This document shows, piece by piece, positions 37,230 through 60,593 of a stretch of 64,000 nt of DNA. Source of the DNA: the human T2T-CHM13v2.0 reference genome, Homo sapiens; NCBI RefSeq assembly GCF_009914755.1, contig NC_060946.1. One strand, given 5' to 3'. How positions within the stretch are numbered: the stretch's first letter is position 1; each line of letters opens with the position of its first letter. The position numbers and the translations under genes were made by a program. The notes beneath the pieces were generated by a model. The model was not told where the DNA came from, did not search any database, and was given only the letters and a program-made list of their open reading frames with translations.

Positions 37230-37366
37230 GGTACAACTTCTCCCGGGAGAGCGTGGAGAGCCCCGAGCAGAAGGGCCTGACGTACCACCGCATCGTAGAG
37301 GCTTTCCGGTTTGCCTACGCCAAGAGGACCCTGCTTGGGGACCCCAAGTTTGTGGATGTGACTGAG
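37230..37366 (+). CDS. GGT1: GGT1 coding exon 7 (YNFSRESVES...GDPKFVDVTE)
   Basis: 137 nt, AG/GT boundaries, contains the LGDP motif. Confidence 0.97.
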
Positions 37367-38606
37367 GTAAGGGGCAGGGGCTGGCCCACTGTGGGTGTGG
37401 GGCCTGCCATAGAGGCATCAGGTGGGCTCCCCAGGGTGGCTACAGCCTCACATATGCTTTATGAATCCATTCCTGCCACAGACTTCGATTGCGGGCCTAC
37501 TGTGTGCTCGGATGGACTCGTGGGTGACCCCCAGTCTTGGCTTCTGCCGCACAGAACTGACAGTGTGGGGAATTAGTGGCCACCCTCCTACCTCAGGTCC
37601 TTTGCACATGCTGTGGTTCTCGAGTGCTCAGTGCTGAGATGAGGAATGCATGGGGGCATTGCAGCCCTCGGGCATGGTGAGATGGATGGGTGAAAGGGAG
37701 AGGGCCAGGTGAACAGAGACCTTGGCCACCCACTCCCTGTCACTCCAAACTAACGCTTCCCAGATGCCACCCTCAGCCCTGCACCACCTGACCCACTCAC
37801 TCAGTAGTTGCCCCAGCTCCACACTGGGTCCCTATAAGACCCTGTCATATCCCTTCCCGCTGAGGATCCTCACATCCCTCCTTACCTACTTGGGTCCTTG
37901 GCATTCCTGGGCGGATCTGCAGACCCCCCCACACTGACCAGTGACCTCCCAGGAGGGGCGTCAGCTGCCCAGGTGGTGTCTTCTCTTTCCCCGTGAGCAT
38001 TCTGCACCTCTGACTCCCGCTGCAGCCAGTGACCTGGTGTCTTGTCTCTCTGAGGGGACAGAGCCACTGCAGTGTGTCCCTCTGCCCTCCTTTTTGGCTA
38101 AGGCCAGCTCCTTCATCTACTCGCTGGCTCGGGGTGCTGTTCCTACAATGCTCCTTTCTGCCTCTGATGATTTACTTCTTTATCACGGCTTATTCCCGAA
38201 AGAAAGGCAGCTGTTGTTGCTCTAGAAACTTCTATCTGCTGCCTCCTTCTGTCCTTTGCTCCTCTTAGAGCAAACATGGCTGGGCTATGTCCTCTCTCCC
38301 TTCAGGGTATCCCCTCCCCTGCTCTATCCCCATGCCACCAGATCGCCATGTCCAGCCTCAGTTTCCCCATCAGGCCCCACTCAGCAGCATCTCACACAGC
38401 TCACCACACTCTCCTCGAGTTTTCATTTTGCAAATTTTCGCACCTACAAAAATGTAAAAAAACCCCAAAACTGCCCAAGCATCAATGCTCCCTTTTCCTG
38501 GAGTCTGCAGTGTGGATGTTTCTGTCGGATTTCCTAACTCTCTCCGTCTCCACCCACATCTATTGGGATTCGTGTTTTTCTGAGGGATTCCACAGTAGGT
38601 TACTGA

Positions 38607-39761
<1,155 letters not shown>

Positions 39762-39779
39762 TGTTGAAACTCCCTTGAG

Positions 39780-40640
39780 GCATTTTCTTCGGCCTTCGGG
39801 TCCATCCTCTCTGTCTCCTCCTTGACCTCCTCATCTCCTCGCCACTGCCTTGGGGACCTTGGCCAGGCTCATGGCATCCAGCAGCCACTCAATGTCAATA
39901 CCTCCATGTTCATCTCTCAGCCCGCCCTTGCCCGTGAACCCATGCTTATTTATTTATTTTTTTTATACGTGCACCCATGCTCTTCAGGTCTGATGAAGTA
40001 TCCAAAATCAAGCTCCTGACCATCCCCAAACCTGCCCCTTCTGCAGGGTTTACCTCGCTAGTCGGCGCCATCCTTGATTCTTCTCTTTCTCCCACCCAGG
40101 CCATCATCTCTTGCCTGGTTGATACCCACAGCCTCCCCTTTGGGCTTTATCCTTATCCCCATCATAGCTGCCAGAGGGATCCTGTGAAAACACTCCCCAG
40201 CCTGCTCATTCCTCTGCCCTAAGCCTGCATGGCACAGAGCAAAAGCCAGTTGTTATGGGACCTAGGAAGTCCTGTGGGATGGGCCCCAGCCTGCATCTTC
40301 ATCCTCTTCTCCCCACCCCACTCCATTCACTCTCTGCCTATCACTCACCAGCCTATACCACCTGCCTCAGGGCCCTTGCACTGACCATTTAGGCCACATT
40401 CCAGGCTCTTTTCACACGTTGCCTCCTCTGAGAAGCCCTCCCTGACCACTCTGCCCATACCTCATGCCTCTTGATTCCCCTTACCTGGCTTGTGGTTTCA
40501 GCACTTTCCCTGTGTGTGTTTGTTTTTCTTGGCATGAGAGCAGGACCTAAGTGTCTGTTCCCTGTTGATTCCCCAGTGCCAGGCATGCAGTGCAAACTCT
40601 AGAAATATTTTTTGCATGAAGGAATGAGTGATTGAATGCA
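39780..40640 (+). mobile_element. Degenerate L2 3' region
   Basis: CCAAACCTGC...GCCAGAGGGATCCT...CCCCAGTGCC ending in a GAAT-like tail. Confidence 0.55.
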
Positions 40641-40819
40641 GCAAGGGTCTGGAGGCTGAGGACCAGGCAGACAGACATTCAGAGTTGCTGGAACGCGACA
40701 GAGACAGGGAGTCAGACTGGTCATGCAAGGTCCTGGGCCTGCCCTTGGGTCCTGGGGAGCCACGGAAGGTTGTGGGTGCCAGAGGGTTGCGGTCAGAGTC
40801 ACAGTCAAGGGCCTTCTGA

Positions 40820-41070
<251 letters not shown>

Positions 41071-41198
41071 GTAGGGGCTGCTGGGCCGCCTGGGTGGGAA
41101 AGGGCCAGGGGCGGGTGGCCCAGGGACTGCCCACTTATCCAGTAAGGTGGCTCCGTCACCTCTTTTCCTGGTGGGAAACTGAGGCCCAACCTTGGTAG

Positions 41199-42290
<1,092 letters not shown>

Positions 42291-42398
42291 GTGCTCCAGG
42301 AGGACAAGGCTGACAAGCAATCCAGGGACAAGATACTCACCAGGACCAGGAAGGGGACTCTGGGGGACCGGCTTCCCCTGTGAGCAGCAGAGCAGCAC

Positions 42399-42404
42399 AA
42401 TAAA
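42399..42404 (+). terminator. GGT1 polyadenylation signal AATAAA
   Basis: First AATAAA after the stop, ~110 nt downstream, followed by a GT-rich element at ~42468-42482. Confidence 0.85.
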
Positions 42405-43896
42405 TGAGGCCACTGTGCCAGGCTCCAGGTGGCCTCCCTGGCCTGTCTCCCCACTCTCTGGGCCTCAGTGTATTGTGTGTGAAATGGAGCCATCTGGCTG
42501 GGGAGGAACAGAGAGGTGGGATTCGGAGATCTTCACAATGCGGGCACTGGAACTAGCCTCAGCATCTTCAGCATGGGGAGAGCCAGGCACATGGCTGGGG
42601 GCCAGGGGAAGGTTCACACCAAGCTCTGCCCCTTCCCACCCTGATCCCTCGGACTTTGGGGCCAGGCCCTCCCTTACTGGGGCTGGGCAGTGACACTACC
42701 TAGGATCAGCCACCAGGGGGTACCACGACCCTGGCACTTTCTTAGGCAGAGGGTGGCCAGCTGATGCTGGGAACCCGGGTGCCTTCTTAGACCCGTAGGC
42801 GTCCAGCTCACCCTGCCGATGACACTGGAGGTGAAGCTGAGGTCCGAGGAATGGGGACTGGGCAACAGGCTGGAGGAAAACATCTCGGTCAGAGCCACGC
42901 CCCTGGGGGGTTTCCAAGTTTAAGCCCAGAGTGAAACCCAAGCTTGTGATCCTCTCCAGAGGGAGGCCTGGTTCTCAGGGAACAGCAAACGGGAAGATGT
43001 CCCCAGATCCCAGGGATCAGGGCTTGGACCAGCCGGGGACGCAGCCCAGAGGGAGTGGGTCCAGAAGGAAACAGCTAGACACAGCAGCCTTCACCATCGG
43101 CAGCCCCTCCAGGCCTCCCTCAGGGCCTGCTCCCTCCTCTGTGCACAGTTCCAACACCTGGGGCAGGGTTCTGGGAAGGGCTGGTGGAGGTGGGCTGGTG
43201 GGAGGCGGTGATCACAGCCCAGCACCTGGATATCACCAGGGGCACTGGGGCCAGGGGCCAGGTGAGGCCAGGTCGGGGCTATCCTTCAGGATCCCCGAAG
43301 ACCTGGTGATTCCAAAGGGCCCATAGACAAACAGGGTTTTCTGCCTGTGGAGTCAAGTCCCACTGGGTCTGAGCTCTGGAGGGCTGTGTCTCTGGGGCTC
43401 TGCAGGGGTGAGATGGAGGTGGGCTCAACTGGTGTACAAGTCACTCTTCAATCCTTATTTTATTTATTTAATTTTTTTAAAAAAAATTTAAACCAATAGA
43501 GATGGGGTCTCACTATGTTGATCAGGCTGGTCTTAACTCCTGACTTCAAGCAGTCCCCCCATCTCAGTCTCCCAAAGTGCTAGGATTACAGGGGTGAGAC
43601 ACTGCACCCGGCCTCAATCCTTATTTTGGCCTGAGAGGAAAGGCCGTGGCCCCATTTGCAGGGGAGAAGACTGAAGCTGGAGGGGCAGGCCTTGCTCTGG
43701 GTTGCACAGCAGCAACAGAAGTGGGAGCTGGCCACGAGGCTTCCTCGACTCGACACACTGGTGGGGTACACCCTGGTTCTCCAGGTCCCATGGGGCTCAG
43801 CCCAGGACTACCTCGGGGGGTGAGGGACTTAAATCCTCTCCTTCATTCTCATCGCCCCTTCCCCCATCATTTCCTGAGGAAGGACATTCAGGGACC

Positions 43897-44862
43897 TGAA
43901 GGAGCGGCCTGCCCCTCCACATCTGTGGGTGTTTCTCATCAGGTGGGACAAGAGACTGAGAAAAGAAAGAGACACAGAGACAAAGTATAGAGAAAGAAAA
44001 GTGGGCCCAGGGGACCTGCGCTCAGCATACAGAGGCCCCACGCTGGCATCAGTCTCTGAGTTCCCTAGTATTTATTGATCATTATCTCTACCATCTCAGA
44101 GAGGGGGATGTAGCAGGACAATATGGTAATAGTGGGGAGAGGGTCAGCAGGAAAACACGTGAACAAATGTCTCTGTGTCATAAACAAGGTTAAGAAAAAG
44201 GTGCTGTGCTTTGATGTGCATATACATAAACATCTCAATGCATTAAAGAGCAGTATTGCCACCAGCATGTCCCACCTCCAGCCCTAAGGCAGTTTTCTCC
44301 TATCTCAGTAGATGGAATATACAATTGGGTTTTACACATTCCTTTGCCCAGGGACGATCAGGAGACAGATGCCTTCCTCTTATCTCAACTGCAAAGAGGC
44401 CTTCCTTCCTCTTATACTAATCCTCCTCAGCACAGACCCTTTACGGGTGTCGGGCTGGGGAACGGTCAGGTCTTTTCCTTCCCACAAGGCCATATTTCAG
44501 ACTGTCACATGGGGAGAAACCTTGGACAATACCTGGCTTTCCTAGGCAGAGGTCCCTGCGGCCTTCTGCAGTGTTTTGTGCCCCTGCTTACTTGAGATTA
44601 GGGAGTGGTGATGACTTTTAACAAGCATGCTGCCTTCAAGCATTTGTTTAACAAAGCACATCCTGCACAGCCCTGAATCCATTAAACCTTGAGTCGACAC
44701 AGTACTTGTTTCTGTGAGCACAGGGTTGGGGCTAGGGTTACAGATTAACAGCATCTCAAGGCAAAAGAATTTTTCTTACTACAGAACAAAATGGAGCCTC
44801 TTACGTCTACTTCTTTCTACATAGACACAGTAACAGTCTGATATCTCTTTCTTTTCCCCACA
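43897..44862 (-). mobile_element. Solo HERV-K (HML-2) LTR5, probably LTR5A/B
   Basis: Reverse complement starts TGTGGGGAAAAGAAAGAGATATCAGACTGTTACTGTGTC and ends GGGGCAGGCCGCTCCTTCA. 966 bp with TG...CA termini. TSD GGGACC at 43891-43896 and 44863-44868. Confidence 0.93.
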
Positions 44863-46722
44863 GGGACCTTCCTGGCTGTGCCTCGGATCAGGACCAGAAT
44901 GACACCCATTCATTTCCCTGGGCCTTTGCTCCGGTGGTCCCTGCACCCTGGCCTCTGCCTGACGAGGATGGTGGGGAGAGGAGGGGGGACATCCCCCACG
45001 CTGCTGTCTCCACTGTGGCCTCTGAGCTTCCAGGACTGCAGCGGGTGGGTGGGTGGCCTGGCCTAAGCCCAGGAATGCACTTCAGCTCCTGGTTGAGCAA
45101 TGTCACTGAGGCTTGGGAGTCGGGTGGGGACGGGAGGAGGCGTCCGCAGGCCCCCCCTACCGTGAGAGGCAGCCGTGGGAACAGCCTACCTCTAAACAAT
45201 CGCTGCAGCCCAGGCTGACCAGGGGCTCTGGCCGGACATAGGGGCCTGGCAGGCTGTGTGGCCTGTAAGGACACAGTCTGTCTCTGTGCCTCAGTTTCTC
45301 TGCTGCCCAGATGGAGAGGCCCAGACTCCAGGTGTAGACATCTGGAGCAGGCAGTGTTCAGCTGGGGAGGGAGCGGGGAGGACTATGGGGGCCACGTGGG
45401 AAGAAGTCCAGCCCACATCACCTGCACCCCTGCTGAGCCTGGTCAACAGAGGCCCTCAGTGGGTCCTCACTCTCCTGGCTGCCTCCCATTTAGGCACCCT
45501 GAGGCCTGGGGAGAACAGAGCCAGGCCAGTGTCCCCAGAGAGGCTGCGCTGCCAGCACAGTAGTAGCAGATTTGGATTCAGGGAAGTAGACCTGCAGCCA
45601 GGGTGGGAAAGAGCTGCAGGCGGGGTGGAGCCCCCACATGGCACAGCCCCCCTCCTTGGAGGTCTATGCTGCATTTCCAGGACAGCAAGTCCCAGGGATG
45701 GATGGTGCCTGGTGCCAAGGGCTAGAGGCATGGTCTGTCTGCATTCCCTACAGGGGCATCTTGTAGTCACCAGCATTTGATGCTGTCAAGTCCCCCTGTC
45801 CTCTGTGCAGACTGGGAAGCCCTTGGTCACCCTGGGGGGGGTTGGGGGACCCAGGCCAGGCTGCAGAAACATAAGGACTTGAACCCGGGTCCTGAGTGAC
45901 ACCACCTTGGGTCCTCCTCCCTCTGCCTCTGTTCAGCTCCACCTTGATGGTGACTAGGCTGGGCCATGCGGAGAGGGTTAGGGGATAGAGATGGGAGCTG
46001 GGGAGCAGGGCTCCACTCTGGGAGGGGGGCAGCCTTGCCGGATCCAGGGCAGAGTTAAGCGGCCCCAGCTCTGCTTTCCTAGAGCTGCTGAGAACCCGGG
46101 AAATGGTGTGGAGGTTCCGGGGAGCCCTGCCCCTACCTGGCAACCGCAGTGCAGCAGGCACCAAGTTCTCCTGCACATTGCGACAGTGTGACCCTGGGCT
46201 CTGGCGGGCAGTAGGTGGGGCCTTTGGACCTACCAGCAGTGAGGGAGTTAACACAGCAGCTGACTCCTCTAGGCAAGGAAAACTCCCCTCAGACGCTTTG
46301 CTGCCTGGCCTCCTGCCAGCAACAAGCAGGAGCTGAAAACCAGAAGTTGAGGCGTGAGTTTGGTCACTCCGTAGTGTGCACTTGGTGAGGGCAGCAGCTC
46401 GCCACAGCTGCCAGCCGTCTGTCCATTCACCCATCTGTCCATCTGGCAGCCCGCTGTTCAGACCCGTCTGTCTGTCCGCCCATCTGTAAGCCCATCTCTG
46501 TCCCATTGTCTATCTGACCATCTTTCTCTTACTGTCCTCTTTGTCTAGCTATCTGGCCTATCTGTCGATCCATCTTCGTGTCTGTCTTCAGCCCCCACCT
46601 GTTTGTCCATCTGTCCAATTACCTGTGAGTCTATCTATGCACCTTCTTGTCCATTCATCTGCCCACCCATCTGTCCCTCCGTCTGCCCACCGGCCTCCCC
46701 TCTCCTTCTGGGCCGCAGAGCC

Positions 46723-46894
46723 ATGGCCCAGGACTGCAGAGCCATGGTTGGCCTGGTCCTGCTGGGGCTGGGGCTTGTGCTGGCTGTCATTGTGCTGGCT
46801 GTGGTCCTCTCTCGACACCAGGCCCCATTTGACCCCCGGCCTTTGCCCACGCCGCTGTTGCTGCTGACTCCAAGGTCTGCTCGGATATTGGACG
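46723..46894 (+). pseudogene. GGT5-derived exon 1 copy with a 1-nt deletion
   Basis: Reads MAQDCRAMVGLVLLGLGLVLAVIVLAVVLSRHQAP, then AFAHAAVAADSKVCSDIG in a shifted frame, matching the recalled GGT5 N-terminus. Donor CG|GTGAGT intact. No further GGT5 exons recognised downstream. Confidence 0.88.
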
Positions 46895-46954
46895 GTGAGT
46901 GAGACGTGGGAGGAAGCTGGGTGGCCCTTGGCAGCCAGCCCCTCCTGGAGAAGG

Positions 46955-47400
46955 CGTGTGTGTGAGAGTGTGTGTGTGTGAGCATGTGTGTGTGTGAGAG
47001 AGTATGTGTCAGTGTGTGTGGGTATATGAGTGTGAGTGTGGGGTGTGGGTGTGTGTGAATGTGTGTGATCGTGTTTGGGTGTGTGTATGTGTGAGTGTGG
47101 GTGTGTGTGAATGTGTGTGAGTGTGTTTGTGTGTATGTGTGAGTGTGGGTGGGGGTATATGAGTGTGAGTGTGTGGGTGGGTGTGAACGTGTGTGATTGT
47201 GTTTTGCTGTGTGAGGGTGTGTGTGACTATGAGTGTGTGAGTGTGGGTGTGTGTAAATGTGTGTGATTGTGTGAGTGTATGTGTGGGTGTGAGTGTGTGA
47301 GTGTGAGTATGGGGGTGTGGGTGTGTGTGAATGTGCGTGATTGTGTGTGGGTATGTGTGTGTGTGTGTGAGTGTGTGTGTGTGCGTGTGTGTGCACGTGC
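46955..47400. repeat. Imperfect (TG)n-rich low-complexity tract
   Basis: About 450 bp of TG/GAGT/GGGT units just after the GGT5-like donor. Confidence 0.95.
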
Positions 47401-48781
47401 ACTGGCCCAGGCAGCAGGAGCCATGTGTGTGGGCTTCAGCACCTGCAGGGCTTGAGCGCAAGGAGACAGCCTCAGGGCCCTTGCACAGAACAGGCGGCAG
47501 GGTGTGCCCGTGGGGCAGATGGGGACTTGGGGACAATGGTGGTGTGTGAGTCCATACCTGGCTCCAGGATTCAGGAGGCCCATTTGCACATCCCAGGTGG
47601 GAACCTGTCTGGCCCCGGCTGACCCTGCTGGCCGGTGCAGGCCCCTTCAGTGAGGCCAATTCTCCAAGGCTGCGGTCTTCTCCCAGGGTCATGGGTGAAG
47701 GGGTTTGGAGGCTCCCTGCGTGGGTACTGGCCTGCTGGGTTACACACAATGCTGCCATAGCCAGTCTGCCCCTACACCCAGCCTGGGGCCACATCTCAGG
47801 TCTCTCAGTCCTGAGGAGCCCGGTGCCCCACCCCTCACATCCTCTCTCCCTGAGTCAGGGCCTGGGTCTCGTGAGCTGAGTGACTGATACTTGGTGTCCT
47901 GGATGAGGGCGTGATGGAGAGGGGCCACAGCGGGTGTTTCCTGACCCTCTTCCAGGAAGGTGCTGCTGCCGCTGCAGGGAGGACACATACAGGATGCCCC
48001 TTCCTGCCCCCTGCCTCCCATTGGGCCCACAAAAGCCAGGGCAAGCCTCCCCTCCCTGCCAGCCACCTGGTCTGCTTCCCAGAAATTCTGTCTTGCAGGC
48101 TGTTGGGAGGATCCCAGTACTTTGTAAACTAAAGCAAGGGAGGAGTGGCCGTTCTCTCTGTTCATTCATTCACCTTTTCATTCATTCCTTCTTCCCTCCA
48201 TTCCCCCATCTGTCCATCCTTCCCTGCCCTGATTGCTCATGCCACCGCCCCCCGCAGCCCCTCCTGACCTGGTCCTTTGGTTTCTCTTCAGGGATTTCTG
48301 TCTCCTCCCACAGGGCTGAGAATGGCAGCTCAGGGACAAGTAGGGGCTGGGGACTGCTTAGTCTCCCCAGTGGCTCTCAGGGGATTTGAGGGTTTGACGC
48401 CAGCTGCCACCCCAGGCTGTGCCCCTCCTCTGCTCAGGAGGACATACAGGATGCAACACCCACTTAAACTCGAAGTTGCAAAGATGCAAATGAGACTGGG
48501 GTCTCAGGCACCAGAGACCACCCGTGGGCACGTGGCTTTTGGGATTGGAGACCTGCTGCCACAGATCTCTGAAGAGTCTGGACCTGCTGGGTCTCCCCAA
48601 GTGACTCTCTGGGGGTCTCCATAGCATGCCCTGCTGTGTGCATGACGGTCACTGGTTGGGTAGGGGTCTCTACTCTAAAGCTCCCTCTGCCGGCATCCCC
48701 TCGAACTCTCCCTTGGTGAAGAGAGAGGATGTGGTTTGCCCCAGTGTTTTATCAAACAACTCTCTCCACTTCCTGTTTTAA

Positions 48782-57359
<8,578 letters not shown>

Positions 57360-58190
57360 TAAAGCTCCCAGCAGTGGTATAAACTCCTCCTTTCCAGAGA
57401 AAGCGCACTCTGTCCGCATCCCTCATGTTGTCCTCTCCTGCCTCTGCTTAGGGTTCACTCCGGGGGAAAGTGCCACTTGAGAGTTTCCTTTTTGTGTGTG
57501 GTTCTGACTGACTGCTCCCTGCTCACAGATGCTGATTCTCAGGGTGGGGTCCCTGAGGCCTGGAGTGTGGCCTCTGACGACCTTCAGGGCCAGGTGTGGA
57601 ATGAGAGCCTGTGGCCACATGGCCCCCGGTGGGAGACGTCCCGCCGCCCTTTGCTTCTCTGTGCCACTCTGGCTGCACAGTTCAGAGCCTTGGGAAATGT
57701 TAACCAGTAGGACCTAGACGGGGAGGTGAGAAGGGGTCACCCCCCAGGTGTGCCTGTGGTGAGCCTTCGTGCTGAGCAGGTGCAGGGAGGGAGGCCCAGG
57801 TGCACACACCTGTGAAGTAGGGGCAGCTGGCTGGGCTCCTTGACCTGCTCCAGAGCTTCTTATTTTCTGGCCACTTCACCTGCAGAAGGCCCAGGTGGCT
57901 GTGGCCTCTAGGGTCCCTTGCCTGTCCTCAGCTCCCAACTGGGAGGGGCAGAGGGAGGAGGGGGTGGAGACCCCAGGCAGCAGGGCTCTGGGAGCAGTGG
58001 GGCCCTGGGTCCCAGGGGTGTCTGGCAGGCCCCTCCTTACTCTACGTCTCGGCCTCTGGATGGAGGTGCTGGCTGCAGTCGGGCTCTGCCTCTGACTAAG
58101 GGTTGGGGAAGTGGCGGGTGTGGGCTGCTGCCCCGTGGGGCCTCTGAACAGACCCCAGGGCCTCTGCCAATCATGACTCCTTCCTTTCAG

Positions 58191-58250
58191 CTGGACCCGC
58201 AGGCCCTGCAGGACAGAGACTGGCAGCGCGCCGTCATCGCCATGAATGGG
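58191..58250 (+). pseudogene. BCRP3: BCR exon 17-like (LDPQALQDRDWQRAVIAMNG)
   Basis: 60 nt, AG/GT boundaries. Confidence 0.9.
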
Positions 58251-59086
58251 GTACGTGTCCGTGGGACTCTCCTGGCGCCCACTTCCCCCAGAAGGATAGG
58301 GTGGCCTCTGTTCATTTCAAATCAGTCAGAGGTGGCTGAGCCTGAGGCAGCATCTGAGAGGGAGCCTGGTTGGAGAAGGGAGGGCCCCCAAGAGCAGAAT
58401 CACCATGCACGGGAATCGTCATTCATTGGCTGGAATGCAGTTGCCAGCCAGGCCCTGAGCATCCCTCCTCAAACAAAGGTCTCATGGCACCACCAGGACA
58501 GGTGGGGCCTCCACTCAGGGACCTGGGGGCTGCCCATAGAAATGGAGACCCCTGATTTGTCTTTAGGTACCCCAGAAAGGTTTAGACCTTAAAAGCAATG
58601 ACACACCCAAAAAGGCCCGGGTATAAATGGTAAAATGTTAATATTTGAGATTCTTGGCTTTTTCTTACATTATTCTGTCTTTCCTTCTTAATTTTTAATT
58701 GTTACTAAGAGAAAGCTGGTCACAGTACACTATAATCTCAGCTACTCTGGAGGCTGAGCCAGGAGAATCACTGGAGCCCAAGAGTTTGATTACAGCCTGG
58801 GCAACATTGCAAGATCCCATATCTAAAAAAAAAGCAAGCAAGCAAGAGAAGCAGCGGGGATTTTAGGAGGTGCTTCTGCAGAAACCAGTCGTTTATATCA
58901 TCTTCAACAATCCTGGCTCTTGCTGAAGTAGACTAGGGGCTTCCCCGAGGGGCGGCTCCACCTCATGCTGAGACCTCTGCATGCCTTGGGGGTGGAAATA
59001 TTTGATGAGACTCCCAGGGGTCCTTGGGACCTTGGGCTGTGAGGACCAGAAGGATTAGAGGACTGTGCCCCTTCTCCCCACTGTAG

Positions 59087-59196
59087 ATCGAAGTAAAGCT
59101 CTCGGTCAAGTTCAACAGCAGGGAGTTCAGCTTGAAGAGGATGCCGTCCCGAAAACAGACAGGGGTCTTCGGAGTCAAGATTGCTGTGGTCACCAA
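59087..59196 (+). pseudogene. BCRP3: BCR exon 18-like ([36 protein letters not shown])
   Basis: 110 nt, AG/GT boundaries. Confidence 0.9.
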
Positions 59197-60453
59197 GTGA
59201 GTGGGGAGGGGCTTGGGCTCACGCACTGAGGGTGCCTGTCCCTTCAGCTGTTTCTGCAGAAAAGAGCATGTGTGGGTCTCTCCTCTCTGTGCATGGCCAC
59301 TGCACGGTGAGGTCAGGCCCCAGGGAACACGGCGTCTTCAGCTACCTCCTGTGTTTCCTGCAAACCAGCTCAGGAATGTCCTTGCCACCTTGCTTGGAAG
59401 CAGTAGGCTGGCTCCAGGAACTGCCCAAGTGCAGGGTTTTCTGCCCTTGCTTGGAATTAGTCACGGTCCCAGATTCCTGTTGAATGGCCATAACCCCTGC
59501 CCCTTTGTCACGAGTCAGTTGCCAAGAGAAGCCTGTTTGGTTTGAGAGCAGTTCATGCAGACATAGACCACTTCCTCTGAGAATTCATTTGCTTCCCCAG
59601 GATGGAATCTGGCTGGGCCTCTGACCTTGCTGGTCACGTGGGCCGGGGCCTCCATCAGTCATACCCTGGACTCCTATCTGTGTCTAAACACCACGCCCCA
59701 CCCCCAACTGCACGGCAGCCACTCGCATAGCACTCTGGGAGGGCTGTGGGCATGAGCAGCGAGGACTCCATCAGCAGCTCCCCCAGATAAGCCCTGCTAA
59801 TGAGGGGGCTTGCGAAGCAGCTTTGATGTGCTGGTAAATCCAGGTGCAAAACAGAACTCAAGTTAGGGCCTCCGCACAGCACTGCGTTCTAACTGTGAAG
59901 GATTCTTACTCTAGTGTCCTGTGTGGAGGTATTGGAATTGTCCATTGCTAAGACTCAGAGGAGAAAAGCACTTAGCATCGCAGGACTTGGAGCACCGGTG
60001 CTGAGGCAACCCTTCATTCATTCGTCGGATGTGTGTTAAGGCCCAGGGCAGGGGTCAGGGATTCTCCTCTCACACAGCACGTGGGTGGCAGGACCAACAC
60101 CGGGTCTGACCTCCCAGCCGGGGGCACAGGCTGCTAACCCCAGGCCTGGAATCTGTCAGATGCCCTTCCTGTGCTGACTTGACTTAGACAGGCCTCCTGA
60201 CCTTCCCGCAAAGGTCATGTGTGATTCGCAGGGGTTCTGGCCGCTTGAAAGGTTCCTGAGAAAGCACATGCCATGAGGACAGAGCTTGCAGAGGGAGGAC
60301 AGGCATGCAGAAGGCTCTGTGTGCAGCCCCAGACCTGGGTACCTTCGTCACCGTCCTCACCCCACCTCCGGGTGTGCAGATAGGGAGCAGGCCTCCTGTG
60401 TTATGGCCCAAGCGGGGCTGTTAGGACACTGAGAACATTCCCTCCTCCCGCAG

Positions 60454-60593
60454 GAGAGAGAGGTCCAAGGTGCCCTACATCATGCGCCAGTGCGTGGAGG
60501 AGATCGAGCGCCGAGGCATGGAGGAGGTGGGCATCTACCGCGTGTCCGGTGTGGCCACGGACATCCAGGCACTGAAGGCAGGCTTCAACGTCA
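60454..60593 (+). pseudogene. BCRP3: BCR exon 19-like ([32 protein letters not shown]...; arginine finger)
   Basis: 140 nt, AG/GT boundaries. Confidence 0.9.

Noticed and set aside
45748-46506. 252-aa minus-strand ORF
   Set aside because: No recognisable homology; antisense to the GGT5-derived promoter/UTR in GC-rich DNA.
46635-47794. 255-aa and 261-aa His/Thr-rich minus-strand ORFs
   Set aside because: They are translations of the (CA)n-like tract, which lacks stop codons by composition.
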